Source of the DNA: Bacillota bacterium | GTDB taxonomy: Bacteria > Bacillota > DTU025 | Direction of reading: 5' to 3' | DNA: 64,000 nucleotides | NCBI GenBank assembly: GCA_050951805.1 | Contig: JBMNJT010000008.1 | Coordinates: 160,001-224,000, forward strand | In this document: positions 47,620 to 57,565 of the stretch, in pieces | How positions within the stretch are numbered: the first letter of the stretch is position 1 | Layout of the letters: the number at the start of each line of letters is the position of its first letter | Notes under the pieces: generated by a model | Seen by the model: only the letters and a program-made list of their open reading frames with translations | Told to the model about the DNA's origin: nothing | Database searches by the model: none | Position numbers and translations under genes: made by a program

Positions 47620-48634
47620 TGTCTGCCAAACTGCGGGCCGCAAGCGGCTTCCAGTCAAAGATCCGCATGAGGACTGATGGCAAGGGCAATTGGTTCTCCT
47701 GCATGCTTCGGCTGACTGTTACTGACTGTGCGGCCGGTCAAGAATCGCGCTGGATGGCTTGGGGTTGAAGTAAAGGAACATACTGTAAAGCGTTATTCTG
47801 CTATCCAAGACTACGCGTTCCGTGTGGCGCAGATAGCTTGTTGGCGGTTTACAGCTTTGTGCTGCCCAATTTGACGGTGATGTCAGTCAGCTTAATGTGC
47901 ATAAGAGCGCGAATTGGTCCAGCAACGGTCTGCGACAACAAGTAGCTTTGAAAGAGTAGCTGAACCCTTTCAAACGCCTATCGCGTGGATACCGCACAGG
48001 GAAAGTTGCCCGATGGGAATGTGTATAAAGCTCAGTTCGAGGTTGTTTTTAGCGAAGGCAGGTCAAGTAATCGGCACAGCTTGATCTTGGGTTTTGCCTG
48101 CACACGTATGGGCTTTTGGGGAAAACTCAAAAAGAGCCTGTTGGCACGCGTTGGACTGGCTTTTGCGAGCGTTACGCATTGAACATATCCACGAAAATCC
48201 CCGCTGGTTCGCCTCAATGGGATGTGACTCAAAGTTGACCAGGTTCGTTGCCAACCTCTACTTCTCCCCATACACTCTGGAAACATGCCTGAGCAGCATC
48301 GTGTCCTGATAAAGTGGGGTTCAGGTTCAAACCGCAGGTAAAGCGGCCTTCGGAATCGTGCAGAGACTTGTCGAGACCTACTCAAGTCATGCTAATGCGT
48401 ATAAGGATGCGTTGGGGACAAGAATTTTGGCATGGAAGTGAAGGAGGATTGCCGGAATCACCCCGGGCGACCCAGGCAGTTTGCTCCGCACAGATACCTC
48501 GGCACCAGCCTGGCATTTTCGGCCTTTGCCAATCGCAAAACGGGACAGCGCGTAAGGGCTTAGATTCGGTGCCCCCTCGACGAGGAAAGGATGTACGGTT
48601 ATAATGGGAACATACACATCTCAGTCTTTCACGC

Positions 48635-48731
48635 GGGAGTAGATTGGTCCTGGTGGGCCTCCTGGACTTCAAATCCAGTGGCGGGCAGCTAACCTGGCCG
48701 CGGTGGGTTCGATTCCCACGTACTCCCGCCA
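48635..48731 (+). tRNA. selC: tRNA-Sec (UCA)
   Basis: GGACTTCAAATCC anticodon arm, long variable arm, GGTTCGATTCC T-loop, encoded GCCA end, TATAAT at 48600-48605, adjacent to selDAB. Confidence 0.96.
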
Positions 48732-48885
48732 TTTTCATGCCCAATGCGCCCCACTAGCTGATCCCCGCGGTCCTCGATGCGCGTCCGTGGCACACCGGCC
48801 TATTTGCCCGAGAGATGGACAGACTGGCGCGGGTAAACTAGAGTAGGGTATGGGTTCAAGTTCGTTTTGCGAGGAGTGACAGAAG

Positions 48886-49941
48886 GTGACAGAGACTGAT
48901 CGCATCAGACTTACCACAATGTCAACAAAAGCCGGCTGAGCTGCCAAGATAGGTCCGGGTGACCTACAGATGGCTGTTAGAGGGCTCGTTGTCCGCAAGG
49001 ATCCGCTGCTTATCGCGGGGTTCGACGGATCGGAAGATGCCGGCGTCTACAAGCTGACTCCCGACATAGCCATCATCCAGACTGTCGACTTCTTCACCCC
49101 GATAGTGGATGATCCGTATGAATTTGGTCAAATAGCGGCTGCCAATTCTCTCTCTGACGTGTATGCCATGGGAGGCGTCCCCATAGTCGCTATGAACGTT
49201 GTATGTTATCCTTGCTCGCTTGGGATGGAGGTTCTTCGAGACATCCTCCGGGGCGGAGCGGACAAAGTATACGAGTCCGGCGCGGTGCTGGTTGGGGGCC
49301 ACTCCGTGGATGACAAGGAGCCCAAGTATGGCCTTTCAGTGACGGGAACGGTCCACCCCGACAAGGTGGTGCTCAACAAGGGGGCGCGCCCTGGAGATGT
49401 CCTTGTCCTTACGAAGCCTTTGGGTACAGGCGTGATTTCCACCGCCCTCAAAGGCGAGATGGTGGACCCTCATGTAGAGCGTTACGCCTATACTGTGATG
49501 TCCACGCTCAATGCCAGCGCGTCCGCTGTCATGCAGGAGATCGGTGTCCATGCGTGCACCGACATTACGGGCTTCGGCTTTCTAGGCCATCTTGCGGAGA
49601 TGGCAGATGCATCAGACGTGTCATTCACTGTCTATGCCGATGCCGTCCCGGTTATCGACGGCGCACTTGACTACATAGATATGGGACTCGCCCCTGCAGG
49701 CCTTCACCGCAATTGGGAGCATGTTGGGCCCGTAGTGGAGGTGGGGGGCAATGTTGACCGGAATATCGCTGATGCGATGTGCGATCCGCAGACATCAGGC
49801 GGGCTCCTCATCGCCCTGGCGTCTGACAAAGCAGATGAGCTTGTGCGCCGATTAAAGGACGCGGGCGCCTTGGCGGCCGCGATAGTTGGAGAAGCGTGCC
49901 GGCGGGGTCCGGAGGGCCCAACGATAACGGTGGTCTCCTGA
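48886..49941 (+). CDS. selD: Selenide, water dikinase; selenoprotein with in-frame UGA (Sec) at codon 18
   Basis: GTG 48886 after GAGGAG gives MTETDRIRLTTMSTKAG-U-AAKIGP, in frame with the DAGVY/TVDFF/DITGFG ORF. TGA at 48937-48939. Confidence 0.95.
48950..48966 (+). promoter_or_regulatory. Bacterial SECIS hairpin
   Basis: TAGGTC-CGGGT-GACCTA, a perfect 6-bp stem with G-containing loop 10 nt after the UGA. Confidence 0.75.
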
Positions 49942-49968
49942 CCCGCCGAGATACTCTGTGAACGGCAG

Positions 49969-51471
49969 GTGCAATATGAATTGAACGAATTGATGCGCGC
50001 GATTCCGTCAATATCGGATGTGCTTTCCGATCCTGCCGCCGTAGAACTGATGGCGGCGTATCCCAGGTGGGCTGTGCGGAATGCCGCCCGTGAGCTTATA
50101 GATTCGGAGAGGCGGAGGTTTTCTTCCGTGGCCGGCCAAGGGGTCTGCTCCATAGATGTGCAAAGGCAGGACGTATTGGCCCGTGTTGTGGCGAACCTGC
50201 CGTCTGCAACCGTCTTGGCTGCAGCGCCAGGGCCTAGGTATGTGATAAACGCCACGGGAATAGTCCTCCATACCAATCTGGGGCGCGCTCCGCTTCCGGA
50301 ATATGCGGCGCGGGCCGTGGCAGAATGCGCAATGGGCTATTCTGATCTCGAATATGACCTTGAAGGCGGCGGACGAGGCTCTCGACAGGATCACATAGCC
50401 CGCGCCATGGCAGAGCTTACGGGTGCGCCTGCAGCCTATGTAGTAAACAACAATGCTGCAGCAGTCCTGCTGTGTCTTGACACCTTGGCACGTGGCCGCA
50501 AAGTGCTGGTGAGCCGAGGCGAGCTAGTGGAGATAGGCGGATCCTTCAGAGTCCCCGACATCATGGAAAGGTCGGGAGCAACCCTGGTCGAAGTGGGAAC
50601 GACCAACCGCACTCGTCTTTCGGACTACCGTCGCGCCATCGATTTAGAGGCAGGGCTTCTCCTCAAAGTGCACACCTCGAATTTCCGGGTAATGGGATTT
50701 ACTGAGGAGGTGCAGCTGGCGGAGCTTGTAGAACTGGGAAGAGAGTGCGGGCTCCCGGTCATGTATGACTTAGGTTCGGGTCTTGTGTCTGATCTCGGAC
50801 GATTCGGTCTGCACGCGGAGGAGCCTACTGTCATAGAAGCGGTGGCATCCGGGGCGGATCTCGTCACGTTCAGCGGTGACAAACTCTTTGGGGGGCCCCA
50901 GGCCGGCATCATCCTCGGCCGCGAAGATCTGATCCGCAAGATATCTGTCAACCCGCTTGCGCGGGCTCTGCGGATAGACAAGCTTACCTTGTCTGCCCTG
51001 GCTGCTGTGGCGGCGGCATGGGAGAACCCTGATGACGCAGGGGAATCCATACCGGTCTTATCCATGCTCACCCAAAACACAGATGAGCTCAGAGAGCGGG
51101 CTGCTTCGCTCATGGGGCTGATCGAGGCCGGACTCGACGAGAGGGAGATACCTCGGAATTTGGTAGACCTTGCGATAGTCGATGACCCGTCCGAGGCAGG
51201 AGGAGGCTCTATGCCTACCGTGTCTATCCCAGGGGCAAGCGTTTCCGTGACATCCCGCTGTATTCCCGCTGACCAGCTGCAGACGCGCCTCAGAAGATGC
51301 GAACCGCCAGTGGTTGCGCGCATTGCCGAAGGCTCTGTTCGTTTTCACATGAGAACGCTTTTCGAAAGAGACTTGAAGATTCTGGCCGAGCACGTGTGTG
51401 ATGCCCTGGCTTCGCCGGCAACTTTCGGTGGCGATACTGATCTTGACTTCAGCGAGAAGGAGCAAGACTGA
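49969..51471 (+). CDS. selA: L-seryl-tRNA(Sec) selenium transferase
   Basis: INATGIVLHTNLGRAP, VEIGGSFR, DLGSG, FSGDKLFGGPQAG. Confidence 0.97.
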   Translation: MQYELNELMRAIPSISDVLSDPAAVELMAAYPRWAVRNAARELIDSERRRFSSVAGQGVCSIDVQRQDVLARVVANLPSATVLAAAPGPRYVINATGIVLHTNLGRAPLPEYAARAVAECAMGYSDLEYDLEGGGRGSRQDHIARAMAELTGAPAAYVVNNNAAAVLLCLDTLARGRKVLVSRGELVEIGGSFRVPDIMERSGATLVEVGTTNRTRLSDYRRAIDLEAGLLLKVHTSNFRVMGFTEEVQLAELVELGRECGLPVMYDLGSGLVSDLGRFGLHAEEPTVIEAVASGADLVTFSGDKLFGGPQAGIILGREDLIRKISVNPLARALRIDKLTLSALAAVAAAWENPDDAGESIPVLSMLTQNTDELRERAASLMGLIEAGLDEREIPRNLVDLAIVDDPSEAGGGSMPTVSIPGASVSVTSRCIPADQLQTRLRRCEPPVVARIAEGSVRFHMRTLFERDLKILAEHVCDALASPATFGGDTDLDFSEKEQD

Positions 51472-53378
51472 TGAGATATGCGATAATCGGCACTGCCGGG
51501 CATGTTGATCATGGAAAGACCACGCTCATCAAGGCGCTGACTGGGGTCGATGCCGACCGCCTCCGACAGGAGCAGGAGAGGGGCATGACGATCGACCTCG
51601 GCTTCGCTCCGATCATGCTCCCTTCCGGGCGGGTTGCGGGCGTTGTTGATGTGCCCGGGCATGAGCGGTTCATCAAGAACATGTTGGCGGGGGCCACAGG
51701 CGTCGACGTGGTCTTGCTGGTAGTGGCGGCCGATGAAGGCGTGATGCCTCAGACAGAAGAGCATATCGATATACTCCAGCTTCTGGGCGTGCGCGAGGGC
51801 GTTGTGGCTATAACCAAGGCGGATCTGGTGGACGATGATGAATGGATGGAGCTAGTTGTTGAAGATGTTAAGGAACGTCTGGCAAGCACTTTTCTTGCAA
51901 ATGCCCCCATAATCTGTGTATCGGCCGCCACACGTACCGGCCTCGACACGCTCCTTGCCGCGATAGATTCCGCAGTTGGCCGCGCTGTGCTGCAAGAGGA
52001 GTGGAGTTTCACCAGGCTCCCCATAGACCGAGTTTTTGCAATCTCAGGACACGGCACCGTGGTTACAGGGACGCTGACGGGCGGAGAGGTGAAGCCCGGC
52101 GATAAGTTGGAGCTTCTTCCCGCGGGTAAGAGCGTCCGGGTCCGGCAAGTACAGGTCCACGACAGTGCTGTGGATGAAGCCGTGCGCGGGCAACGCGTGG
52201 CTCTCAACCTCGCTGGCATCGACCGTGCCAACATAGAGCGCGGGATGGTTCTGGCCAAGCCTGGAATGATCGAGCCTGCTCGGATATTCGATGCCGAGCT
52301 TACTCTCCTCGAATCAGCGGATGTGATCGAACATGGCGAGAGGATGCACCTTCACATCGGTGCAGCGGAGGCTGTTTGCAGAGTGAGGACGATCGGGACC
52401 GATGGGGCATGCCCGGGCGACCGCGTCTTTGTCCAACTAGAACTGGAGGAGGAGATTGCCGCGACCCGCGGCGACCGATTCATAGTCCGCACCTACTCTC
52501 CTATGAAGACGGCCGGAGGAGGCCGCGTGCTCGCGGTGTCCAGAGGGCGTCAGCGCCGGTTCAAAGAGGAGACGCTGCATTGGTTTGAGACGTTGTCGGG
52601 AGATGACGAATCCGCCACCGCGCGACTTTTTGCTTCCTCCATCATCGCCCAGAAGTCTGCGCCTGCGTCTGCATTCGACGTAGCCCGGGCGATGTGCGCA
52701 GATCCAGAGCACGTGCGCGATATCTTCGAAGAAGGAGTGGCTCTCGGATGGGCTGTGGCCTTCGGCGAATCGCCGGGCACCCGAACGTATATGCCACGGG
52801 ATGATTGGGACAAGGCTACAGATGCCATTATCAAGGCACTTTCCGAATATCATCGCCGCGAACCATTACGGGCAGGGATGGCGAAGGAAGAGCTCCGAAC
52901 GAGGACCATGTCCTCTTGGGATGGCAAGCCATTTTCGATGCTGATCGCAGCTGCGGCAAGAGACGGGCTCATCGAAGAACGAGGCACTTTGGTGGCACTG
53001 CCTTGGCATACTGTCTCACTCAGCCCAAAGCAGCGGGATGAGGCAGAGAGGCTCGAAGCGGCGTATTCTTCTTCATTGATGTCTCCCCCCGAACGGGACC
53101 AGGCGCTCGCCGGCGAAACCTCGGAGGCCATACTCGACTACCTGATCGATGAGGGAATACTGGTAAGAGTGGGCCCTGAGCTTTTGTTCCACCGGGATGC
53201 ACTGTCCAGGGCGGTGGAAGTAGCGCGCAGTCTCGGAGAAGGTGGCAAGCCATTCACCGCCGCCCAGTTCAGGGATGCTTGCGGAAATACGCGGAAGTAT
53301 GCGGTGGCTCTCCTCGAGTATCTCGACTCCAACAGGATTACTGTGCGGGTAGGGGATGAACGCATCTTGGCAGGTTGA
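51471..53378 (+). CDS. selB: Selenocysteine-specific elongation factor
   Basis: [28 protein letters not shown]-terminal [13 protein letters not shown] winged helix. Confidence 0.97.
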   Translation: MRYAIIGTAGHVDHGKTTLIKALTGVDADRLRQEQERGMTIDLGFAPIMLPSGRVAGVVDVPGHERFIKNMLAGATGVDVVLLVVAADEGVMPQTEEHIDILQLLGVREGVVAITKADLVDDDEWMELVVEDVKERLASTFLANAPIICVSAATRTGLDTLLAAIDSAVGRAVLQEEWSFTRLPIDRVFAISGHGTVVTGTLTGGEVKPGDKLELLPAGKSVRVRQVQVHDSAVDEAVRGQRVALNLAGIDRANIERGMVLAKPGMIEPARIFDAELTLLESADVIEHGERMHLHIGAAEAVCRVRTIGTDGACPGDRVFVQLELEEEIAATRGDRFIVRTYSPMKTAGGGRVLAVSRGRQRRFKEETLHWFETLSGDDESATARLFASSIIAQKSAPASAFDVARAMCADPEHVRDIFEEGVALGWAVAFGESPGTRTYMPRDDWDKATDAIIKALSEYHRREPLRAGMAKEELRTRTMSSWDGKPFSMLIAAAARDGLIEERGTLVALPWHTVSLSPKQRDEAERLEAAYSSSLMSPPERDQALAGETSEAILDYLIDEGILVRVGPELLFHRDALSRAVEVARSLGEGGKPFTAAQFRDACGNTRKYAVALLEYLDSNRITVRVGDERILAG

Positions 53379-53444
53379 GCCTTGCGGTCTTGGATGTTTG
53401 TATGTGGTGTGCTAGAATTGACGCAGCGAACTGAACATAGAAGG

Positions 53445-53636
53445 CTGGTGGGTGCCTGCTATGCGGGTTGAAAGGGAAGTGGCAGCCAGGCGCCGGGCAT
53501 GGGAGAATGCGCCGGGCGAAGCCCGCGGTCCCGCCACTGTAGCCGGGGAGCTGATGCGAGCCGCATGTCACTTTCGCTCATGCGATGGGAAGACGCGCCG
53601 AAGCTATGAACCGGAAGCCAGGAAACCTGCCCACTA
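53445..53636 (+). ncRNA. Cobalamin riboswitch
   Basis: GGT..AAAGGGAAG, CCCGCCACTGT, TGGGAAG, B12 box AGCCAGGAAACCTGCC; upstream of btuFCD-cobO. Confidence 0.92.
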
Positions 53637-53728
53637 AGCTTGCCGTAACCGCCCTCGAGGAAAAGGGAGGATGCGGATGGCGCAGTGGCGGTTGACCGCT
53701 GCAACCTGTGCCGTGCGTGAAGATTGTC

Positions 53729-53758
53729 CCTGTTCATCATGGGTGAACAGGTTTTTTT
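53729..53758 (+). terminator. Riboswitch-controlled intrinsic terminator
   Basis: CCTGTTCATC-ATG-GGTGAACAGG followed by T7. Confidence 0.85.
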
Positions 53759-53834
53759 ATGCGCAACGAGATGCTGCGGCTCACGCCGGCCTATACGGGC
53801 GCACATGCGCCAAACCGGAAAGGAGTGTCCAACA

Positions 53835-54794
53835 ATGAGATCGTCATTTATCAAACGGACAATGGCAAGCATCGTGCTTGCTCTCGTTGTTATCCTGGCG
53901 TTTTCGCCAGTGCCTCTGGAGGCGTCGCTGCACGCGGACGGGGTGGATTATGCTGCTTCCACTCTGTCAAGCGGATTTCCCGTCACGATAGTAGATGACA
54001 CCGGATACAGACTCGTGATCAAGAAGGCGCCTGCCAGGATCGTGTCGCTTGCTCCGAGCAACACCGAGATCCTTTTCAGCATCGGGCTTGGTGATAGGCT
54101 TGTTGGGGTCACGACAGCATGTGATTACCCGCAGGCGGCTGCCAAGATCGACAAAATCGGCGATTACACCATCAACGTAGAGGCGGTGGTGGCGAAGAGG
54201 CCGGACTTAGTTGTGGCTCAGTCTGACTTGCAGATGCCTGTTGTGGAAAAACTCAGGGAGCTCGGGATCACGGTGCTAGCGGTCGCCCCGAAAACCATGG
54301 ATGAGGTTTTCAGATCGATGGAGATGATCGGGGCCGCGGCAGGCGAGGGCGTGCGGGCCCGGAAGGTCGTATCGTCCCTTGAAACGCGAGTGTCTGCGGT
54401 GGAAAAGGCTGTTGCCGGTCTGCCCGAGTCGAAGAGGCCTGTTGCGTTTGTGGAGATATGGAATGATCCGTTGATGACTGCGGGAGCTGGGACATTCATT
54501 GATGACCTTATTACACGTGCAGGCGGACGCAACCTTGCGGGAGATGTTGATGGCTGGCCTCAGATCAGTCCCGAGCTTGTGGTCGCGTCGAAGCCTGATG
54601 TGATCATACTGACATGCTTCAACAAGGCGGAGGTCATGGCCAGGCCCGCTTGGCAGAAAATCCCGGCCGTGGTCCGTGGCGCCGTGTACGAGCTTGTACC
54701 CGACCTCCTTGTTAGGCCAGGCCCACGGTTGGTCGACGGGCTTGAGGCGCTGGCGGCCATATTCCACCCCAGCCTATTCGGGCTGAGAAAATAG
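53835..54794 (+). CDS. btuF: Cobalamin ABC transporter substrate-binding protein
   Basis: FPVTIVDD, RIVSLAPSNTEIL, RPGPRL; under a B12 riboswitch. Confidence 0.85.
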   Translation: MRSSFIKRTMASIVLALVVILAFSPVPLEASLHADGVDYAASTLSSGFPVTIVDDTGYRLVIKKAPARIVSLAPSNTEILFSIGLGDRLVGVTTACDYPQAAAKIDKIGDYTINVEAVVAKRPDLVVAQSDLQMPVVEKLRELGITVLAVAPKTMDEVFRSMEMIGAAAGEGVRARKVVSSLETRVSAVEKAVAGLPESKRPVAFVEIWNDPLMTAGAGTFIDDLITRAGGRNLAGDVDGWPQISPELVVASKPDVIILTCFNKAEVMARPAWQKIPAVVRGAVYELVPDLLVRPGPRLVDGLEALAAIFHPSLFGLRK

Positions 54795-54908
54795 GCTGCA
54801 AGCAACCGCGCCAACCGATTTGCTGGACAGTCCCTACGGACGCAATCGCTGTCCGTGGGGCATTGGAACAGAGCGATATGGGAAGATGTGGGGAAGGGGG
54901 CCTGGCTA

Positions 54909-55973
54909 ATGACGAAACCTGGCAGGGCGAGGCTTCGCATTCTGATCCTGGCGGTAGCGATGGTAGCCGTAATATGCTGGTCTGCGTCTGCTGGCACAGC
55001 GGGCGTGCCAGCCGGGGTGGCACTCAGGGTGCTTCTATCGAAAATGCCAGTCATTGGGCGATACGTTAGCCTGTCAGAGACCGATGTTGCTCCCTACGAC
55101 TTGGAGAGTGTGGAGATAATAGTCACCCAGATCCGCCTTCCACGGATCGTTCTTGGCCTTCTTGTGGGAGCAGGGCTTTCCGCCACAGGCGCGTCCTTTC
55201 AGGGGCTGTTCAGGAACCCCCTTGCCGATCCATACATAATCGGAGCGTCGTCAGGCGCCGCGCTCGGCGCCTGCATAGGTATTCTCGCTGCTGGCGCCAC
55301 GGGCATCGGCTCGCTTTCGGCGCCATCTTCCTACATCCCGCTATTCGCTTTTGCAGGGGCAGTGATCACGGTTGCTTTCGTCTATGCCTTGGCCACTTTG
55401 GATGGTTGCCTTCCCACCGACACCTTTCTCCTTGCCGGTGTGGTTGTGGGTTCTTTTGTATGGGCGGCGGTCTCGTTTTTGATGGTTGTCGCCGGAGAGG
55501 ACCTGCCGAAAGTGGTAATGTGGCTCATGGGGAGCCTTTCCGCAAAGAGCTGGTCCCATGTGAGAATTACCGCCCCGTACGTCATAGGTGGGACGTTGGC
55601 TTTGACTGCCCTCGGGCGCGACCTCAACCTCATAGCTGTGGGAGAGGAACCCGCCCGCTACATGGGGCTGGACGTGGAGAGATTCAAGAAAGTGATCATA
55701 GTCATAGGATCGCTAATCACAGCAGCTGTGGTCTCAACATCGGGGCTCATCGGTTTTGTGGGCCTTGTGGTCCCGCACATCGCCCGTATGATCATCGGCC
55801 CCGACCACCGCTCGCTGATCCCGGTTTCGGCGGCGGGAGGTGCTATATTCATGGTTGCGGCCGATACTCTGGCGAGAGTGATAATACCTCCCCGGGAAAT
55901 ACCTGTAGGAGTAATCACAGCAATGGCAGGAGCGCCGTTCTTCTTCTACCTGCTCCGAAGGAGGAAAAGATGA
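54909..55973 (+). CDS. btuC: Cobalamin ABC transporter permease (FecCD family)
   Basis: IRLPR, FRNPLADP, GFVGLVVPH, EIPVG. Confidence 0.85.
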   Translation: MTKPGRARLRILILAVAMVAVICWSASAGTAGVPAGVALRVLLSKMPVIGRYVSLSETDVAPYDLESVEIIVTQIRLPRIVLGLLVGAGLSATGASFQGLFRNPLADPYIIGASSGAALGACIGILAAGATGIGSLSAPSSYIPLFAFAGAVITVAFVYALATLDGCLPTDTFLLAGVVVGSFVWAAVSFLMVVAGEDLPKVVMWLMGSLSAKSWSHVRITAPYVIGGTLALTALGRDLNLIAVGEEPARYMGLDVERFKKVIIVIGSLITAAVVSTSGLIGFVGLVVPHIARMIIGPDHRSLIPVSAAGGAIFMVAADTLARVIIPPREIPVGVITAMAGAPFFFYLLRRRKR

Positions 55974-56776
55974 GAGTTGAGGCTGTTGATGTGAGATACA
56001 GCTACGGGCCAAATCTTCCTGACACACTCAAGGGCATCAGCCTGGACGTGCCTTCTGGGTCGTTGTACGGGATAATCGGGCCGAACGGATCGGGCAAGTC
56101 GACACTCCTTCGCGTGATAGGCGGGGTTGCACGTCCTTGCCATGGTGCAGTTTTCTACGACGGACGCAACATCTCTGAGCTTTCGCCGCGGGAGGCGGCA
56201 CGCCAGGTGGCTGCTGTGGCCTCAGGGGAGCCCGTCATTTTCCCTTTTACGGTGGAGGAGATCGTGATGATGGGAAGAGCACCCTACCTCAGGCCGCTCC
56301 AGTCCGAGTCGGCCGAGGACATTACCCATGTCGCACAGGCCATGGATCGCACCGGTGTGACCCATCTTGCTTCGCGTCGCATAATGGAGCTTTCCACTGG
56401 TGAGAGGCAGCGCGTGCTGATCGCCAGGGCCTTGGCACAACAGCCCAAGGTGTTGCTTTTGGACGAACCCACAGCGCATCTGGACGTAAACTACCAGGTG
56501 GGGATAATGGAGCTTGCCACATCGCTTGCCCATGATTCTGGAATTACCACTATCGCCGTGCTCCACGACTTGAACCTCGCAGGAAGATATTGCGACAGAT
56601 TGGCGATGATCCAGGATGGTCAGGTTGTGGCCGAAGGTTGCCCCGATGAAGTGCTTACCGAGGCGAATCTTCTCGACGTGTATGGCGTGAGGGCGGTTGT
56701 GGCCCGCCGTCCAGAATTGGATAGGCCTGCCGTTTTCGTGATATCGGGAAGCTCTGATGGAGACGGCAAGGGATGA
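55970..56776 (+). CDS. btuD: Cobalamin ABC transporter ATP-binding protein
   Basis: GPNGSGKST, LSTGERQR, LLDEPT, LHDLN; ATG overlaps the btuC stop. Confidence 0.85.
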   Translation: MRVEAVDVRYSYGPNLPDTLKGISLDVPSGSLYGIIGPNGSGKSTLLRVIGGVARPCHGAVFYDGRNISELSPREAARQVAAVASGEPVIFPFTVEEIVMMGRAPYLRPLQSESAEDITHVAQAMDRTGVTHLASRRIMELSTGERQRVLIARALAQQPKVLLLDEPTAHLDVNYQVGIMELATSLAHDSGITTIAVLHDLNLAGRYCDRLAMIQDGQVVAEGCPDEVLTEANLLDVYGVRAVVARRPELDRPAVFVISGSSDGDGKG

Positions 56777-56811
56777 TAGATGCGACTTGTGAACTGAGGA
56801 GGCGTCAATGG

Positions 56812-57444
56812 GTGAAAAAATGCAATACGTCGGCTGGTGAGATAAGGGCGGCATATGGCCGAATTCCCAATGCCTTGGTCCAAGCATATACGGGAGACGG
56901 AAAAGGCAAGACCACGGCCGCACTGGGCCTGGCGATGCGGGCTTTGGGACATGGCTACAAGGTGCGGATGATCCAGTTCATGAAGGGGACGAGCTTTACA
57001 GGGGAGCTGGAGGCGGCAAAGGCATTTGATCCCAACTTCGAGATATTCCAGTTCGGGAGGGATTGCAAATACTCTGACAAGATCAGATCAGGGGAGGCTG
57101 TTTGCGAGGGATGCGGTGATTGTTTCGTCCGCATGGGCGATCCAGAACCCTGCGACATCGAATACGCGAGACAGGCCTACGAGCTTGCCGGCGCCACGCT
57201 TGACGCGAAAGCGGCTGATCTGGTAATACTAGACGAAATCGCCAATGCAGTCAACTTCGGTCTTCTCAGCGTCGAAGATGCCGTCTCCCTTGTGGAGCGC
57301 CGTCCGGATGGTGTCGAGCTAGTCCTCACAGGGCGAGACATGCCAAAGACCCTCATCGACATGGCGGACCTGGTCACTGAGATGAAGATGGTGAAGCACC
57401 CGTACATGCGCGGAATCTCCGCAAGGCACGGAATAGAGTACTGA
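56812..57444 (+). CDS. cobO: Cob(I)yrinic acid a,c-diamide adenosyltransferase (CobO/BtuR)
   Basis: YTGDGKGKTTAA, IQFMKG, ILDEI, ELVLTGR, KHPY..GIEY. Start is 56773 or 56812. Confidence 0.92.
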   Translation: MKKCNTSAGEIRAAYGRIPNALVQAYTGDGKGKTTAALGLAMRALGHGYKVRMIQFMKGTSFTGELEAAKAFDPNFEIFQFGRDCKYSDKIRSGEAVCEGCGDCFVRMGDPEPCDIEYARQAYELAGATLDAKAADLVILDEIANAVNFGLLSVEDAVSLVERRPDGVELVLTGRDMPKTLIDMADLVTEMKMVKHPYMRGISARHGIEY

Positions 57445-57565
57445 CTCGGCTTTGGCGGCATGGAACGCGGGCAGAGAACCGAAGGCCGACATTCCGCGAA
57501 AGCCCGGCTAGGGTCCTTCTTTGTGCTGAGACAATAGTGCTGCAACATGAGGAGGAGGGACTCAT

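Noticed and set aside
48732-48885. Integrated element at the tRNA-Sec 3' end
   Set aside because: No integrase or duplicated tRNA 3' end; selD follows directly.
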